In this document: positions 40,812 to 49,765 of the stretch, piece by piece
Layout: each line of letters starts with the position of its first letter
Position numbering within the stretch: position 1 is the first letter of the stretch
DNA from: an uncultured Alphaproteobacteria bacterium
GTDB lineage: Bacteria > Pseudomonadota > Alphaproteobacteria > UBA11222
Assembly: GCA_947258435.1 (NCBI GenBank)
Contig: CAMYID010000008.1
Location: forward strand, 482-64,481
DNA: 64,000 nt
Reading direction: 5' to 3'
Program-made: the position numbers and the translations under genes
Notes under the pieces: model-generated
Databases searched by the model: none
What the model saw: only the letters and a program-made list of their open reading frames with translations
Told to the model about the DNA's origin: nothing

Positions 40812-41639
40812 ATGCCTACAACTATTCATACAAATCCGGGCGCACTCGTCGCCCAGGCCACGCTGCGTAACGTGACCAGTGCACTGGACAGCGTTTCAAA
40901 GCAGGTACAGACAGGTTTTCGTGTCGCCGATGCGCGGGATGATGCGTCGACATTCGCGGTGGCCCAGGGCCTGCGTGCCGACGTGCAATCCTTTGGCGCG
41001 GTGCAGCAAGGCCTGAATGGTGCGGTTGGTCTTGCCGAAGTCGGCCTGGCCGGTGCGACCGCAGTGTCAGATCTGTTTCAGGACATCCAGTCCAAACTGA
41101 CACAGCTGGCGGATTCCTCAATCTCGACGGAACAGCGCTCGACCTACAATGCCGACTTGCAGGATCTTGCAAACCAGGCGAAAGACCTGATTTCGCAAGC
41201 CAACTTCAACGGCACCAATCTGCTCGACAACACAACGGCCGTGAACTTCATCGCCGATGTGAATGGCGGTACGATCAGCGTGACCGGTGTCGATGTGTTC
41301 ACGACGGCTTCGGTATTCGCGGCATCCGCCGGCGCGTTGACCGACGCACAGGCACGTCAGTTCCTCAACAGCAGCTCGAACACGCTCGACAACTTCGTGA
41401 CTGCGACCAATAACGCGCTCAGCGGCATTTCCGCGGATCTGCGTGCGGTGGAATCGCAAAACAACTTCGTTGCCGCGATTTCCGATGCGACCGAAAAAGG
41501 TATCGGCGCGCTGGTCGATGCGGATCTGGCGAAAGCAAGCAGCAAGTTGCAGGCCCTGCAGGCCCAGCAGCAGCTGTCGACCCAGGCGATCACGATTGCC
41601 AATCAGGCACCGTCGGTGCTTCTGGGGCTGTTCCGGTAA
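40812..41639 (+). CDS. Flagellin (second paralog)
   Basis: TIHTN.GAL.A, QTGFRV.DARDDA, ANFNG.NL and LVDADLA..S..LQA.QA.QQL. RBS GGAG upstream. Confidence 0.95.
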   Translation: MPTTIHTNPGALVAQATLRNVTSALDSVSKQVQTGFRVADARDDASTFAVAQGLRADVQSFGAVQQGLNGAVGLAEVGLAGATAVSDLFQDIQSKLTQLADSSISTEQRSTYNADLQDLANQAKDLISQANFNGTNLLDNTTAVNFIADVNGGTISVTGVDVFTTASVFAASAGALTDAQARQFLNSSSNTLDNFVTATNNALSGISADLRAVESQNNFVAAISDATEKGIGALVDADLAKASSKLQALQAQQQLSTQAITIANQAPSVLLGLFR

Positions 41640-41668
41640 TCGCACCGAACGGCTTATCACAAAGCAAC

Positions 41669-41703
41669 AAAAGGGCTGGCCTTCGCGCCAGCCCTTTTTC
41701 TTT
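41669..41703 (+). terminator. Rho-independent terminator after flagellin
   Basis: AAAAGGGCTGGC-CTTCGC-GCCAGCCCTTTTT followed by a T-tract. Confidence 0.88.
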
Positions 41704-41880
41704 GGCGGTCCGCAGGCCGCGACAGCCATTCTTGCCGATCACGAAAGCGTTGATCGGCGCAATTGACCGGTTTTGCGACAGAATGCTAACCATGTTGACA
41801 ATTGCAATCAGATCCCAGCATGCCACCCACCGGGAACCGCGGTTCCGAAGCAGGCGGCTGCATTTGTTGGAACCGTCTTT

Positions 41881-42906
41881 ATGGATCACCCTCACGACAG
41901 GGCCGGGCCATCGGCTTTTGCCACCACACATGACGATGGGCCGGGAAGTTCCGCGGCCAGCACAGCCCAGCCACGGCAGAATGCCATTGCGGCCCGGGAT
42001 CTGCAGAAGCATTATCGCGGCGAACATGGTCAGCCCCCGAAACATGCTTTGAAAGGCATCGATCTTGAGGTGCCGCAGGGTTCCATTTTTGGTCTGCTCG
42101 GTCCGAACGGCGCAGGCAAATCGACCTTTATCAATATTCTTGCCGGCCTCGTCATAAAAAGCAGCGGCCAGGTCAATATCTGGGGTTTCGATATCGACCG
42201 GAACCCGCGGCAGGCGCGCGCCTCTATCGGCGTTGTGCCGCAGGAACTGAACATCGATCCTTTCTTTACCCCTGCTGAAATTCTGGAATTGCAGGCGGGC
42301 ATGTATGGCGTCCCGAAAACTGAACGCCGCACGGCCGATATCCTGGCCGCCATGGGGTTGAGCGACAAGGCAGATGCCTATACCCGCACCCTGTCCGGCG
42401 GCATGCGGCGGCGGCTGCTTGTCGCCAAGGCCATGGTACATGCTCCGCCCATTCTTGTGCTTGATGAACCGACGGCCGGGGTCGATGTCGAATTACGCCA
42501 GCAACTTTGGGACTATGTGCGCGATCTGCACAGGCAGGGCACAACCATCGTGCTGACCACCCATTATCTTGAGGAAGCCGAAGAACTGTGCGATCGCATC
42601 GCAATCATCAATCATGGTGAAGTGGCCGCCTGCGAACCGACGCCGCAGCTCTTGTCACGCATTGACGAGAAATTCCTGATGGTTCGTCCTGACAATCCGA
42701 TTGAAGATCTGGCGACCGAACTGTCGGAGTTTCAGGCGGAACTCAAGCCCGATGGGCAAATCGCCATCGCCTATCGCCCCAGCGAAACCAGCGTCGAGGA
42801 AATCCTTGCGCGGCTGCGCGCTCACAGCATCACTATTCGTGACCTGACGACCGTTGAATCGGACCTTGAGGATATTTTCCTGCAACTGACCCGCGAACGC
42901 AGCTGA
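41881..42906 (+). CDS. ABC transporter ATP-binding protein (YadG/DrrA-like)
   Basis: GPNGAGKST, LSGG, LDEPT and TTHYLEEAE. Start uncertain. Confidence 0.92.
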   Translation: MDHPHDRAGPSAFATTHDDGPGSSAASTAQPRQNAIAARDLQKHYRGEHGQPPKHALKGIDLEVPQGSIFGLLGPNGAGKSTFINILAGLVIKSSGQVNIWGFDIDRNPRQARASIGVVPQELNIDPFFTPAEILELQAGMYGVPKTERRTADILAAMGLSDKADAYTRTLSGGMRRRLLVAKAMVHAPPILVLDEPTAGVDVELRQQLWDYVRDLHRQGTTIVLTTHYLEEAEELCDRIAIINHGEVAACEPTPQLLSRIDEKFLMVRPDNPIEDLATELSEFQAELKPDGQIAIAYRPSETSVEEILARLRAHSITIRDLTTVESDLEDIFLQLTRERS

Positions 42907-42951
42907 TTCGCGAAGCGATGCGATACTGAAAACGGAGCAGGGGCACGCCGC

Positions 42952-44586
42952 CTATTCCGCACCCCCCAGATCAAGTCCCGCAAGCGCCGCCGCATATGCG
43001 CGCCAGCGCCCGACCGCACGGCTATTGATTTCTTGCCCTTGCTGCAGGCTGCTTGCGGTGACAGGGGCATAATCGGCTGCGGGCCGCGCCAGCAACCCGT
43101 CATGCCATTCAAGGTTCAGGTGAGCGAAAATCGCTTTCGCTCCGGCCTCGGGCGCGGCAACCAGATCCTCATAGCAGATATCGAAAACCCGAAGCGGCAA
43201 TACCTGCCGCCAGTGCGCCATCAGCCTGCGATAGCCACGATAGAAGCATGCGATATCCGCAAGGCGATAACTCCAGCTCAGATTGCCCGTGAAATTCTGC
43301 GTATAACAGGACCAGACCACATCGTGGGGATCACGCATGCAATGCAAAATCACGGCATCTGGAAATAGCCGCGCGATCAGGCCGAGATGCAGAAAGTTAA
43401 GCGGCATCTTATCGCTGACCCATGCTGCATCGGCATCGATTTGCGACAGACGCGCGAGATAACGCGCCGCCAATGCCCTGCGGCGCTTTTCAGGCATTGC
43501 CGCCAACGCAGCGGGGTACCCGCCGGCCTGCTCCGCAACAAGCGCCATTTCAGCCAACTCGCCCCCGCCCGTGACCGCCGCATGACGGGCAAGCAGCCCC
43601 TCGACCAAAGTCGTGCCCGACCGGGGCATACCGAGGATGAAAAGCGGCCGCCGGCCCGGTGGTGCATCCCGGTTGACCGGTTGCTGTCGGAAATGATCGG
43701 CCGGACTTGCCGCGATGATCGCATCAATTTGCGCCCTGAACGCCGCGGAGCTGAACGTCTGACCACGGGCTTTCGCAGCTTCGGCACCATAGCGGTTGAA
43801 TGCATCGAAATGCTGCCGCGCCTGCGCAAATTCACCGGCCGCGTCAGCCTGCATCGCCAACACATGATGAATCTGCCCGCGCGCAGCCGGTGACAATGCC
43901 CGGTCATCGGCACGCGCGCCAAACCGTGTAATCAGCGCTTCAGGCACCCGAATGCCCGCCTTGATCGCTTGCCCCAACCCGTAAAACGCCTTGATATGTG
44001 CCGGATCGCACTCTAACGCCGCAGTATATGCGGCAACCGCGGCCACCGCATCGCCGGCCGCCGCCTCAATATTGCCGCGCGCATAAAGTAGCGCGGCTGA
44101 ATTGGGGGCCATCGCCTGCGCCGCCTGCAATACTGCCCGCGCCTGGGACATGCGGCCTGCATTCTTCAGAGCATTGGCAAGATTAAGCTGAAACCCCGCT
44201 GAAGCGGGCGCGGCGGCAACCGCGCGCTCAAAGGCCTCAAGTGCCGGGCCGACCTCCCCCAAAGCCTGATAGGCCAGCCCAAGCCCGTTGTGAATGCCCG
44301 CATCCTGCGCGCCCCGGGAGAGCGCCTTATCAAAGGCCCGGATCGCCGCGCGGTTCTCCCCGGCCTGAAGCCGCGCGAGCCCCAGCTCGGCAAAGACCGC
44401 ACCCCCCTCACCCCCCGAATCCTGACGCACCGCCTTTTCAAGCAACCGCACCGCGCGCGCGAAATCACGCGACGCCATTGCCCCGCCGGCCTGTCTGCGC
44501 AGACTGTTCGCCCGGCCCTTCTTTCCCGCCAGGCCCTCCGTATTTCGGGCGCGCCCCACTGGCTTATCTGAGCTGATTTTTCCCAT
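42952..44586 (-). CDS. TPR-containing sulfotransferase
   Basis: N-terminal TPRs, PLFILGMPRSGTTL (5'-PSB loop), DKMP.NF, RDP.D...S (3'-PB) and YEDLV. Confidence 0.9.
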   Translation of the reverse strand: MGKISSDKPVGRARNTEGLAGKKGRANSLRRQAGGAMASRDFARAVRLLEKAVRQDSGGEGGAVFAELGLARLQAGENRAAIRAFDKALSRGAQDAGIHNGLGLAYQALGEVGPALEAFERAVAAAPASAGFQLNLANALKNAGRMSQARAVLQAAQAMAPNSAALLYARGNIEAAAGDAVAAVAAYTAALECDPAHIKAFYGLGQAIKAGIRVPEALITRFGARADDRALSPAARGQIHHVLAMQADAAGEFAQARQHFDAFNRYGAEAAKARGQTFSSAAFRAQIDAIIAASPADHFRQQPVNRDAPPGRRPLFILGMPRSGTTLVEGLLARHAAVTGGGELAEMALVAEQAGGYPAALAAMPEKRRRALAARYLARLSQIDADAAWVSDKMPLNFLHLGLIARLFPDAVILHCMRDPHDVVWSCYTQNFTGNLSWSYRLADIACFYRGYRRLMAHWRQVLPLRVFDICYEDLVAAPEAGAKAIFAHLNLEWHDGLLARPAADYAPVTASSLQQGQEINSRAVGRWRAYAAALAGLDLGGAE

Positions 44587-46321
44587 CCCCGCAGCATAGG
44601 GGCGCAGCGTGGGGACGCAACTGTTCACAACCACTTGTCAACGGCATTTCATTTGAGTAGGTTCCGCCCCTGACTTGAGCGGTTCCGGCATTTCGCCTGC
44701 ACCGCCCAACACGGCGCCGGTAGCTCAGCTGGATAGAGCACCAGACTACGAATCTGGGGGTCGGGAGTTCGAATCTTCCCCGGCGCGCCATCTCCATTTC
44801 ACCCCTGCAAATATCCCCTAACGCCTTGAACGGTAAGGATATTTCTGGTGTTCGAAACCCCGAATTTCGGCAATACGCCAGTTGGTCCTTGAACGCGAGT
44901 TTGAGGACCGTTTGACGGTGCTCAATCCTTCCCTTTTTCCAAAGATTCCAAGGGTTTGACAAGAACGTCATCGAGTGTTCGAAAGTCTCCTCGTAGGTCT
45001 GCAACGGCTTGCCGCAATTTTTGATCCTCTCACGGAGGACCATGCGCTCCATTTCCAAATTGCCGATGCGCTTCTCGTAAGCTTTGATGACAGATTCGCT
45101 GTCTGTTTCGACCAGCCGATCCATCAGTTGTTCAATTTTCCGGTCGATCTGGGACAGCTCAGCTTTCATCGACTGCCCCTGCGCTTTCATGGTCAGGGCA
45201 CGCTGATCCCAGAGATCGCGGAACAGTGCCGAAGCCCGTTCGAATAACTCTGGTGTGGGACGCAGTGATTGCAGCAGCGCCTCGAATTCCTCCTCTACCA
45301 CCTCGCGACGGATCGATTTGCCTTTCGCCGCGCAATCTTTCTGGCGGCACAAATAGTAGGGATAATGCGCCGCCTTGCCCTTTGACCAGTTGGCGGTCAG
45401 AGGATTGCCGCAGCAGCCGCAGAGGACGAAGCCCCGCAACGGGAAATCTTCGTTGATGTCCTTACGTGCCGGAACGCGCGCTTTGCCATTCAGGCGGTCC
45501 TGGATCGTCTTGAAAGTCTCAAGGCTGATCAGACCTTCATGCTGGCCGGGCCGCAACGAAACATCCCACTTCGGCAGTTCAAGATAGCCTGCGTAGAGTG
45601 GTTGCGTCAGAAAATCATTCACGCGTTGGTTCGTCACTTCGCCGCGCGGTGTTTTCGGAAATTCAGGTTGAGATTCGAGAAAGCGCTTCACTTCAGCCTG
45701 CGTTGAGAAACGCCCGCTGGCATACCCTTCGAGCGCTTCTTTCATGATCGAGGCCAACGGCTCATCACGACGAAGAACTTTCCCTTGTCCTGACGCACGC
45801 TCGTAACGGTAGCCGACAGGCGCATGAAAGACCCAATAGCCATTCATCGCGCGGGCTCGCATCCGGTTCTTGGTCTGCTCGGCGTTCTTCTCGCGCTGGT
45901 GCTGCGCGAATGTCGCCATCATGTTTTCGACCATGCGGGAGTCCGCATCGTCCTTGAATTCCATACTCGGGCTGATGAGCTTCCCGCCTGCCTCGCGCAG
46001 AAGGTCTCTCAGGTCGAGATGACCGCGCAGGTCGCGTGCGAAGCGGCTGATATCGTCAATGATCACCATCCGCTCGTCGTTGCGGTGCGCCTTGAGGTGC
46101 TTCAACATCGCCAACATGCCGGGTCGGTCGTTGCGTCCCCCGGTCATATCGTCACGGAAGACCTCGACCACCTCAAAGCCCCTGAACGCAGCAAACTCCC
46201 GGCAGCGTGTTTCCTGGGAAGCAAGGCCGGTTCCACGGATCGTTTGCTTTACGTCCGATACACGGCAGTAAATGACAGCTTTATTGTTGTTTCCTTCGTT
46301 TTCTTTCATCGAATCCTTCAC
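44564..46321 (-). CDS. Large serine recombinase (integrase); C-terminus reads through the tRNA
   Basis: AVIYCRVS (catalytic Ser), SRFARD, recombinase domain (PVGY, YAG, H..LIS), Zn ribbon (CGCCG..YYLC...C) and coiled coil. Alternative start at ATG 46309. Confidence 0.93.
   Translation of the reverse strand: MKDSMKENEGNNNKAVIYCRVSDVKQTIRGTGLASQETRCREFAAFRGFEVVEVFRDDMTGGRNDRPGMLAMLKHLKAHRNDERMVIIDDISRFARDLRGHLDLRDLLREAGGKLISPSMEFKDDADSRMVENMMATFAQHQREKNAEQTKNRMRARAMNGYWVFHAPVGYRYERASGQGKVLRRDEPLASIMKEALEGYASGRFSTQAEVKRFLESQPEFPKTPRGEVTNQRVNDFLTQPLYAGYLELPKWDVSLRPGQHEGLISLETFKTIQDRLNGKARVPARKDINEDFPLRGFVLCGCCGNPLTANWSKGKAAHYPYYLCRQKDCAAKGKSIRREVVEEEFEALLQSLRPTPELFERASALFRDLWDQRALTMKAQGQSMKAELSQIDRKIEQLMDRLVETDSESVIKAYEKRIGNLEMERMVLRERIKNCGKPLQTYEETFEHSMTFLSNPWNLWKKGRIEHRQTVLKLAFKDQLAYCRNSGFRTPEISLPFKALGDICRGEMEMARRGRFELPTPRFVVWCSIQLSYRRRVGRCRRNAGTAQVRGGTYSNEMPLTSGCEQLRPHAAPLCCGDGKNQLR
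44714..44790 (+). tRNA. tRNA-Arg(ACG); island integration site
   Basis: GCGCCGGTAGCTCAGCTGGATAGAGCACCAGACTACGAATCTGGGGGTCGGGAGTTCGAATCTTCCCCGGCGCGCCA. Confidence 0.97.
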
Positions 46322-46605
46322 CTTTCCGCAGGCGGGGCCGCAGTCTCTTCTTCGTCACATTGTTTTGCTTTTGTTCCTATCCTAGCATAGTGCGCCGTCG
46401 CTGAAAGTGATTTGTGTGTCGTCTTTTGCCTCGCAAGCTGAGCTGGATGGACTCCCCAAGCGGCATCGATGAACGCTGACATGATCGCTGATAACCTGTG
46501 GATAAGGTCATCGGCTTGCTCGTCGGTATAGCCGAGCGCTTTGAAGGATTGCCGATGTTTTTTTACTATCTCTTTCATGCGAGCAAACTCCGCCCGTTTC
46601 AGCAA
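46318..46605 (-). CDS. Small hypothetical protein coupled to the recombinase (candidate directionality factor)
   Basis: 95-aa ORF whose TGA overlaps the recombinase GTG (GTGA). Function inferred from position only. Confidence 0.6.
   Translation of the reverse strand: MLKRAEFARMKEIVKKHRQSFKALGYTDEQADDLIHRLSAIMSAFIDAAWGVHPAQLARQKTTHKSLSATAHYARIGTKAKQCDEEETAAPPAER
46362..46376 (-). promoter_or_regulatory. Near-consensus LexA box upstream of the recombinase
   Basis: Minus strand GAAC-AAAAGCA-AAAC (one mismatch to GAAC-N7-GAAC), just downstream of a TATGCT -10-like hexamer. Confidence 0.5.
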
Positions 46606-47089
46606 TGCACTGCATGCTGACCAGTTTCATTTCCTTTTCGGACAATAAAGCAGCACATCACCCGCGCAGGGTGATAAGCGTAGATATTGCTGCGCTAATG
46701 CTGCATATATACTTTAATTATACCGTAGCATTCCGCTGTAACGCAAACTCAGCAACGGTTTCGGGTAAAAAATAAAGCCTCGATCTTGTTACGAGAGATC
46801 GAGGCTTTCAAAAGAGATAATCTCTTTTAACAAGGGTTTTCGATCCCCTTTTAATCTGGGGAGATGGGAGAGCGGATCGAACCTTTCGAAGATTATTATT
46901 CACTACACGTTCATTTTCAACTTTTTAATATACAAATAATAAGGGTCTCAATTATGCTGCGCTAGATTGAGACCCTTACAAGAGACCATGCTCTTTGGAG
47001 AAGAAGTTTATCCGTCCAAGACGGCAGTCTTTAATAAATATCCATCTATTATTTTGTCAGAGATTATTCTGAACATCAAATTTATTCCT

Positions 47090-47368
47090 TTACCGGTTTC
47101 TTGAGAAATTTGACTTTGAGTACCCGCCAAGGCGCGCAAACGCCTGCTGGGTTTCAAATTCAGTGCTCGCATTATCCAGCGTGTTGCGAAGAGCCGCAAT
47201 CCGTTTGCGGTTCTCTTCGTCAACTTCCCGTCTGGCATCTATCGTCAGGCTGATTCCAGGCTCTAGCTTCGCTGAGCAGCGAGGTGCCCGCTGTTCCCGC
47301 AGACGCCGCAACAGTTCCTCCTTCGTCGAGATCGCCGGATGCGCGTTGCCGCTTCGACCGATGATCAC
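47090..47368 (-). CDS. Hypothetical protein (last gene of the VirD4 operon)
   Basis: 92 aa. Start overlaps the upstream stop (GTGA). Coiled coil and basic C-terminus. Confidence 0.6.
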   Translation of the reverse strand: MIIGRSGNAHPAISTKEELLRRLREQRAPRCSAKLEPGISLTIDARREVDEENRKRIAALRNTLDNASTEFETQQAFARLGGYSKSNFSRNR

Positions 47369-47613
47369 CGCTCACGCTCATCCCGATTGCGGCGACGGGG
47401 CTTTTGGTCCCGCTCCTCTTCCAGCCGCTCCATCGGCGTCCGAAGCACGATGCGCCCATTCACGGGGACGGAGTCCAGAACGACCGTATGACCTTCGCCG
47501 TCCTTGTGCGGAAAGGCTGCGCCGACACGATTGAAAAAGGATTTGTCGTCGGGGCCGTCTTTCGCGTGAAAGGCTTCAAAGCTGGGCTGCTTTTTCTCTG
47601 TACGTTCGCTCAT
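47365..47613 (-). CDS. Small DUF736-like beta protein (possible ssDNA-binding)
   Basis: 82 aa from ATG 47613 with a GGAG RBS. Contains RVGAAFPHKDGEG..V.LD and an Arg-rich C-terminal tail. Confidence 0.65.
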   Translation of the reverse strand: MSERTEKKQPSFEAFHAKDGPDDKSFFNRVGAAFPHKDGEGHTVVLDSVPVNGRIVLRTPMERLEEERDQKPRRRNRDERER

Positions 47614-47629
47614 AGCTTTTCTCCGTGGA

Positions 47630-49237
47630 TTAGGAGGGTCGATAGCCCTCGACATAAGACCAGGTGCCGGAGGTATATTGCGGGTACTGTGCAAAATGCT
47701 GCGGCACGGTTTGCGTGACGATCCTCGCACGGCGTTGCCCCCATCTTGAGGGGATAGGCACGGAATCGTGCGGCGGATGGAACGGATTGGGCAGGAAGCG
47801 GCCCGCGAAATCCCCGCGCGTGTAATAGGGATGCTTTTCGGCGAAGACGGGCTTCAGGTTCTTTCCTGAGATAAAGAGGATTTGGCGGTCCTCGGGCATC
47901 GACAGCACCTCTTCAGGCATCATCAAGGCACGGGCCTGTTTGGTCCGGTTGGTTTCGGCGAAGGCGTGGTATTTCATATCGGCATAGGCCGAGAACGGAT
48001 CGCTTCCGTTCATGATTCCCAGTGCAGCATTGAGCTTCTGGCGTCGTGCATCGGCCTGACGCAGGCCGTCATCATATTCGAGCGTTTCGGTGCCAAGCAT
48101 CGAAGAGACCATCTGCGCGGTTTGGTAGTCACGGACACCGAAGAACTGGCGCAATGCGGCGGACCCCATAAAACCCTGCAATGCCGGAGCGCCGAAGTTG
48201 CGCACGATCTGTCCGACATCCTGAAACAGTGCCCAGGTCCGTAAACCCGCACCACGTCCGAAGGTGAAGGCGCGCAACAGCGCCTCGAAATTGCCGAGCT
48301 GTCCGGCCTCATCGATGATCATGTTCACAGGCGGCGCGGATGGCGCGCGCGACTTATAGAGCATCTGCACCGTGAACATGGTGCGTAAGATTGGCGACCA
48401 CAGCCCGACATACTCAATCGGCACATTGATCGCCCAGCTCGTTGCTTGGTGCGCATCGCAGGTGTCGGCAAGCGACGCATCGGCGTTATCGAGCGAGGCC
48501 AGCAACATCGGGTCATCGAGAAAGTTCAGATGGGCGTATAGCTCACCGATGATCGAGCCGAATTCTTTCTCGCTCTCCTGCTGCTTGGCCAGCATCTCGC
48601 CAGCGGTTCGGCGAACGCTGTCCATAGAGGAACCCAACATGCATTCGAGGCAGTCGGCCCAGCGTTGCGTATCGGATTCAATCCAGTTGATGACGCGATA
48701 GAGCGAAGGGAAGCTGACGCGCCCTGTCGTCTCGACCAGCATCTTGATGATGTTTTCAACCCACTCGCGCGCCCGCAGCTCGAAATACCGCCCGTTGGAT
48801 GCGCCGCTCGCCGGGATCAGGCTTTCGGCGATGAACTTGCAGTCCGCATGGAAGTGCGGGTCATTCAGTTTGAGAATATCGAGCGGGTTCATCCGGTGTT
48901 GCGGCAGGCCACGCATGCCTGTCGGGTTCCAGCAATAAAGGTAGCTACGCTCAAATGCGAAATTGACCATCGTGACCGAAGCGATTTCGCCACGCGGGTC
49001 GAGGATGAAGTTGCGCCTGCCCGCATTGCGCGCGACGGCGAGCGCGAGCAGGTCGCGCATCTTGCCCGAGCCTGCACCGGCGATAGTGATGATCGGCGCA
49101 TCGGTTTCGAGGCAGAGCGGCTTGTTTGAGGCGTATCCGATTTGCAACCCGCGCCCGTTCATCAGGCCCGCGCGCTTGAGATCATGCTCGTTCGCCCAGG
49201 ATGCCGATCCGAAACGGTATTCCTCATTGTCATACAT
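47630..49237 (-). CDS. Type IV secretion coupling protein (VirD4/TraG family)
   Basis: FGSA.WA, Walker A-like AGAGSGK, LDPRGE, NPLD, Walker B IIDEAGQLG, FQD..Q, D..TA...S..LG and R.LM.PEEV. No obvious N-terminal TM segments. Confidence 0.88.
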   Translation of the reverse strand: MYDNEEYRFGSASWANEHDLKRAGLMNGRGLQIGYASNKPLCLETDAPIITIAGAGSGKMRDLLALAVARNAGRRNFILDPRGEIASVTMVNFAFERSYLYCWNPTGMRGLPQHRMNPLDILKLNDPHFHADCKFIAESLIPASGASNGRYFELRAREWVENIIKMLVETTGRVSFPSLYRVINWIESDTQRWADCLECMLGSSMDSVRRTAGEMLAKQQESEKEFGSIIGELYAHLNFLDDPMLLASLDNADASLADTCDAHQATSWAINVPIEYVGLWSPILRTMFTVQMLYKSRAPSAPPVNMIIDEAGQLGNFEALLRAFTFGRGAGLRTWALFQDVGQIVRNFGAPALQGFMGSAALRQFFGVRDYQTAQMVSSMLGTETLEYDDGLRQADARRQKLNAALGIMNGSDPFSAYADMKYHAFAETNRTKQARALMMPEEVLSMPEDRQILFISGKNLKPVFAEKHPYYTRGDFAGRFLPNPFHPPHDSVPIPSRWGQRRARIVTQTVPQHFAQYPQYTSGTWSYVEGYRPS

Positions 49238-49255
49238 GGCTGCGTTCTCCTGTTC

Positions 49256-49540
49256 CTATTCGCCTTTGAAAATCCGGTCATGCGTCGCCATGATTTTCGT
49301 CTTCTCCGGTACGGTGAGGACGTGTTCACCAGCGTCGGGATGAAAGCTTTTGATGAAGTGGGAGCGTATTTGGCGCGGCTTCACGGTCGGGTGGAACGCG
49401 TTGATCATCCGTATCCAGACGCAGACCTTCACATCGCAAGGGATGTCAGATTTGGGAGAGCCGGGAGCGAAGAGCAGCTTGAAGCGGTCGAATATCGGCT
49501 TCATCTCCGGTTCTACAAATTCGATCTGAATGTTCTCCAT
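49256..49540 (-). CDS. Hypothetical protein
   Basis: 94-aa ORF, co-oriented and ending 19 nt before VirD4. Confidence 0.5.
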   Translation of the reverse strand: MENIQIEFVEPEMKPIFDRFKLLFAPGSPKSDIPCDVKVCVWIRMINAFHPTVKPRQIRSHFIKSFHPDAGEHVLTVPEKTKIMATHDRIFKGE

Positions 49541-49558
49541 GGGACGCGTCTTTCGTTT

Positions 49559-49600
49559 AAAAAAGAAACGCCTGAATTCCGCGTGCGGGAACTCAGGCGT
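49559..49600 (-). terminator. Putative intrinsic terminator/attenuator inside the VirD4 gene cluster
   Basis: ACGCCTGA..TCC/GGA..TCAGGCGT hairpin followed on the minus strand by TTCTTTTTT. Confidence 0.6.
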
Positions 49601-49621
49601 CAGGTGGTGAGCATGGTGGTC

Positions 49622-49744
49622 TTACCCGCCAAGCGATCCGAGGACCGCGAGCCCCACGATCACCCAGAAGACGACCGCGATCACCGCGCTCCAATTGGTT
49701 TCCTTTTTGTAGATGCCGCCGACGCGGCGATGACGTGTGAACAT
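49622..49744 (-). CDS. 40-aa single-TM small protein (missed by the ORF track)
   Basis: AAGGAG RBS, then MFTRHRRVGGIYKKETNWSAVIAVVFWVIVGLAVLGSLGG*. Confidence 0.7.
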   Translation of the reverse strand: MFTRHRRVGGIYKKETNWSAVIAVVFWVIVGLAVLGSLGG

Positions 49745-49765
49745 CTTCGAACTCCTTTTCATGGT

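Noticed and set aside
44761-44790. attR duplicate of the tRNA-Arg 3' end
   Set aside because: Looked for by eye downstream to 64000 and not found, so the island's right boundary is not called.
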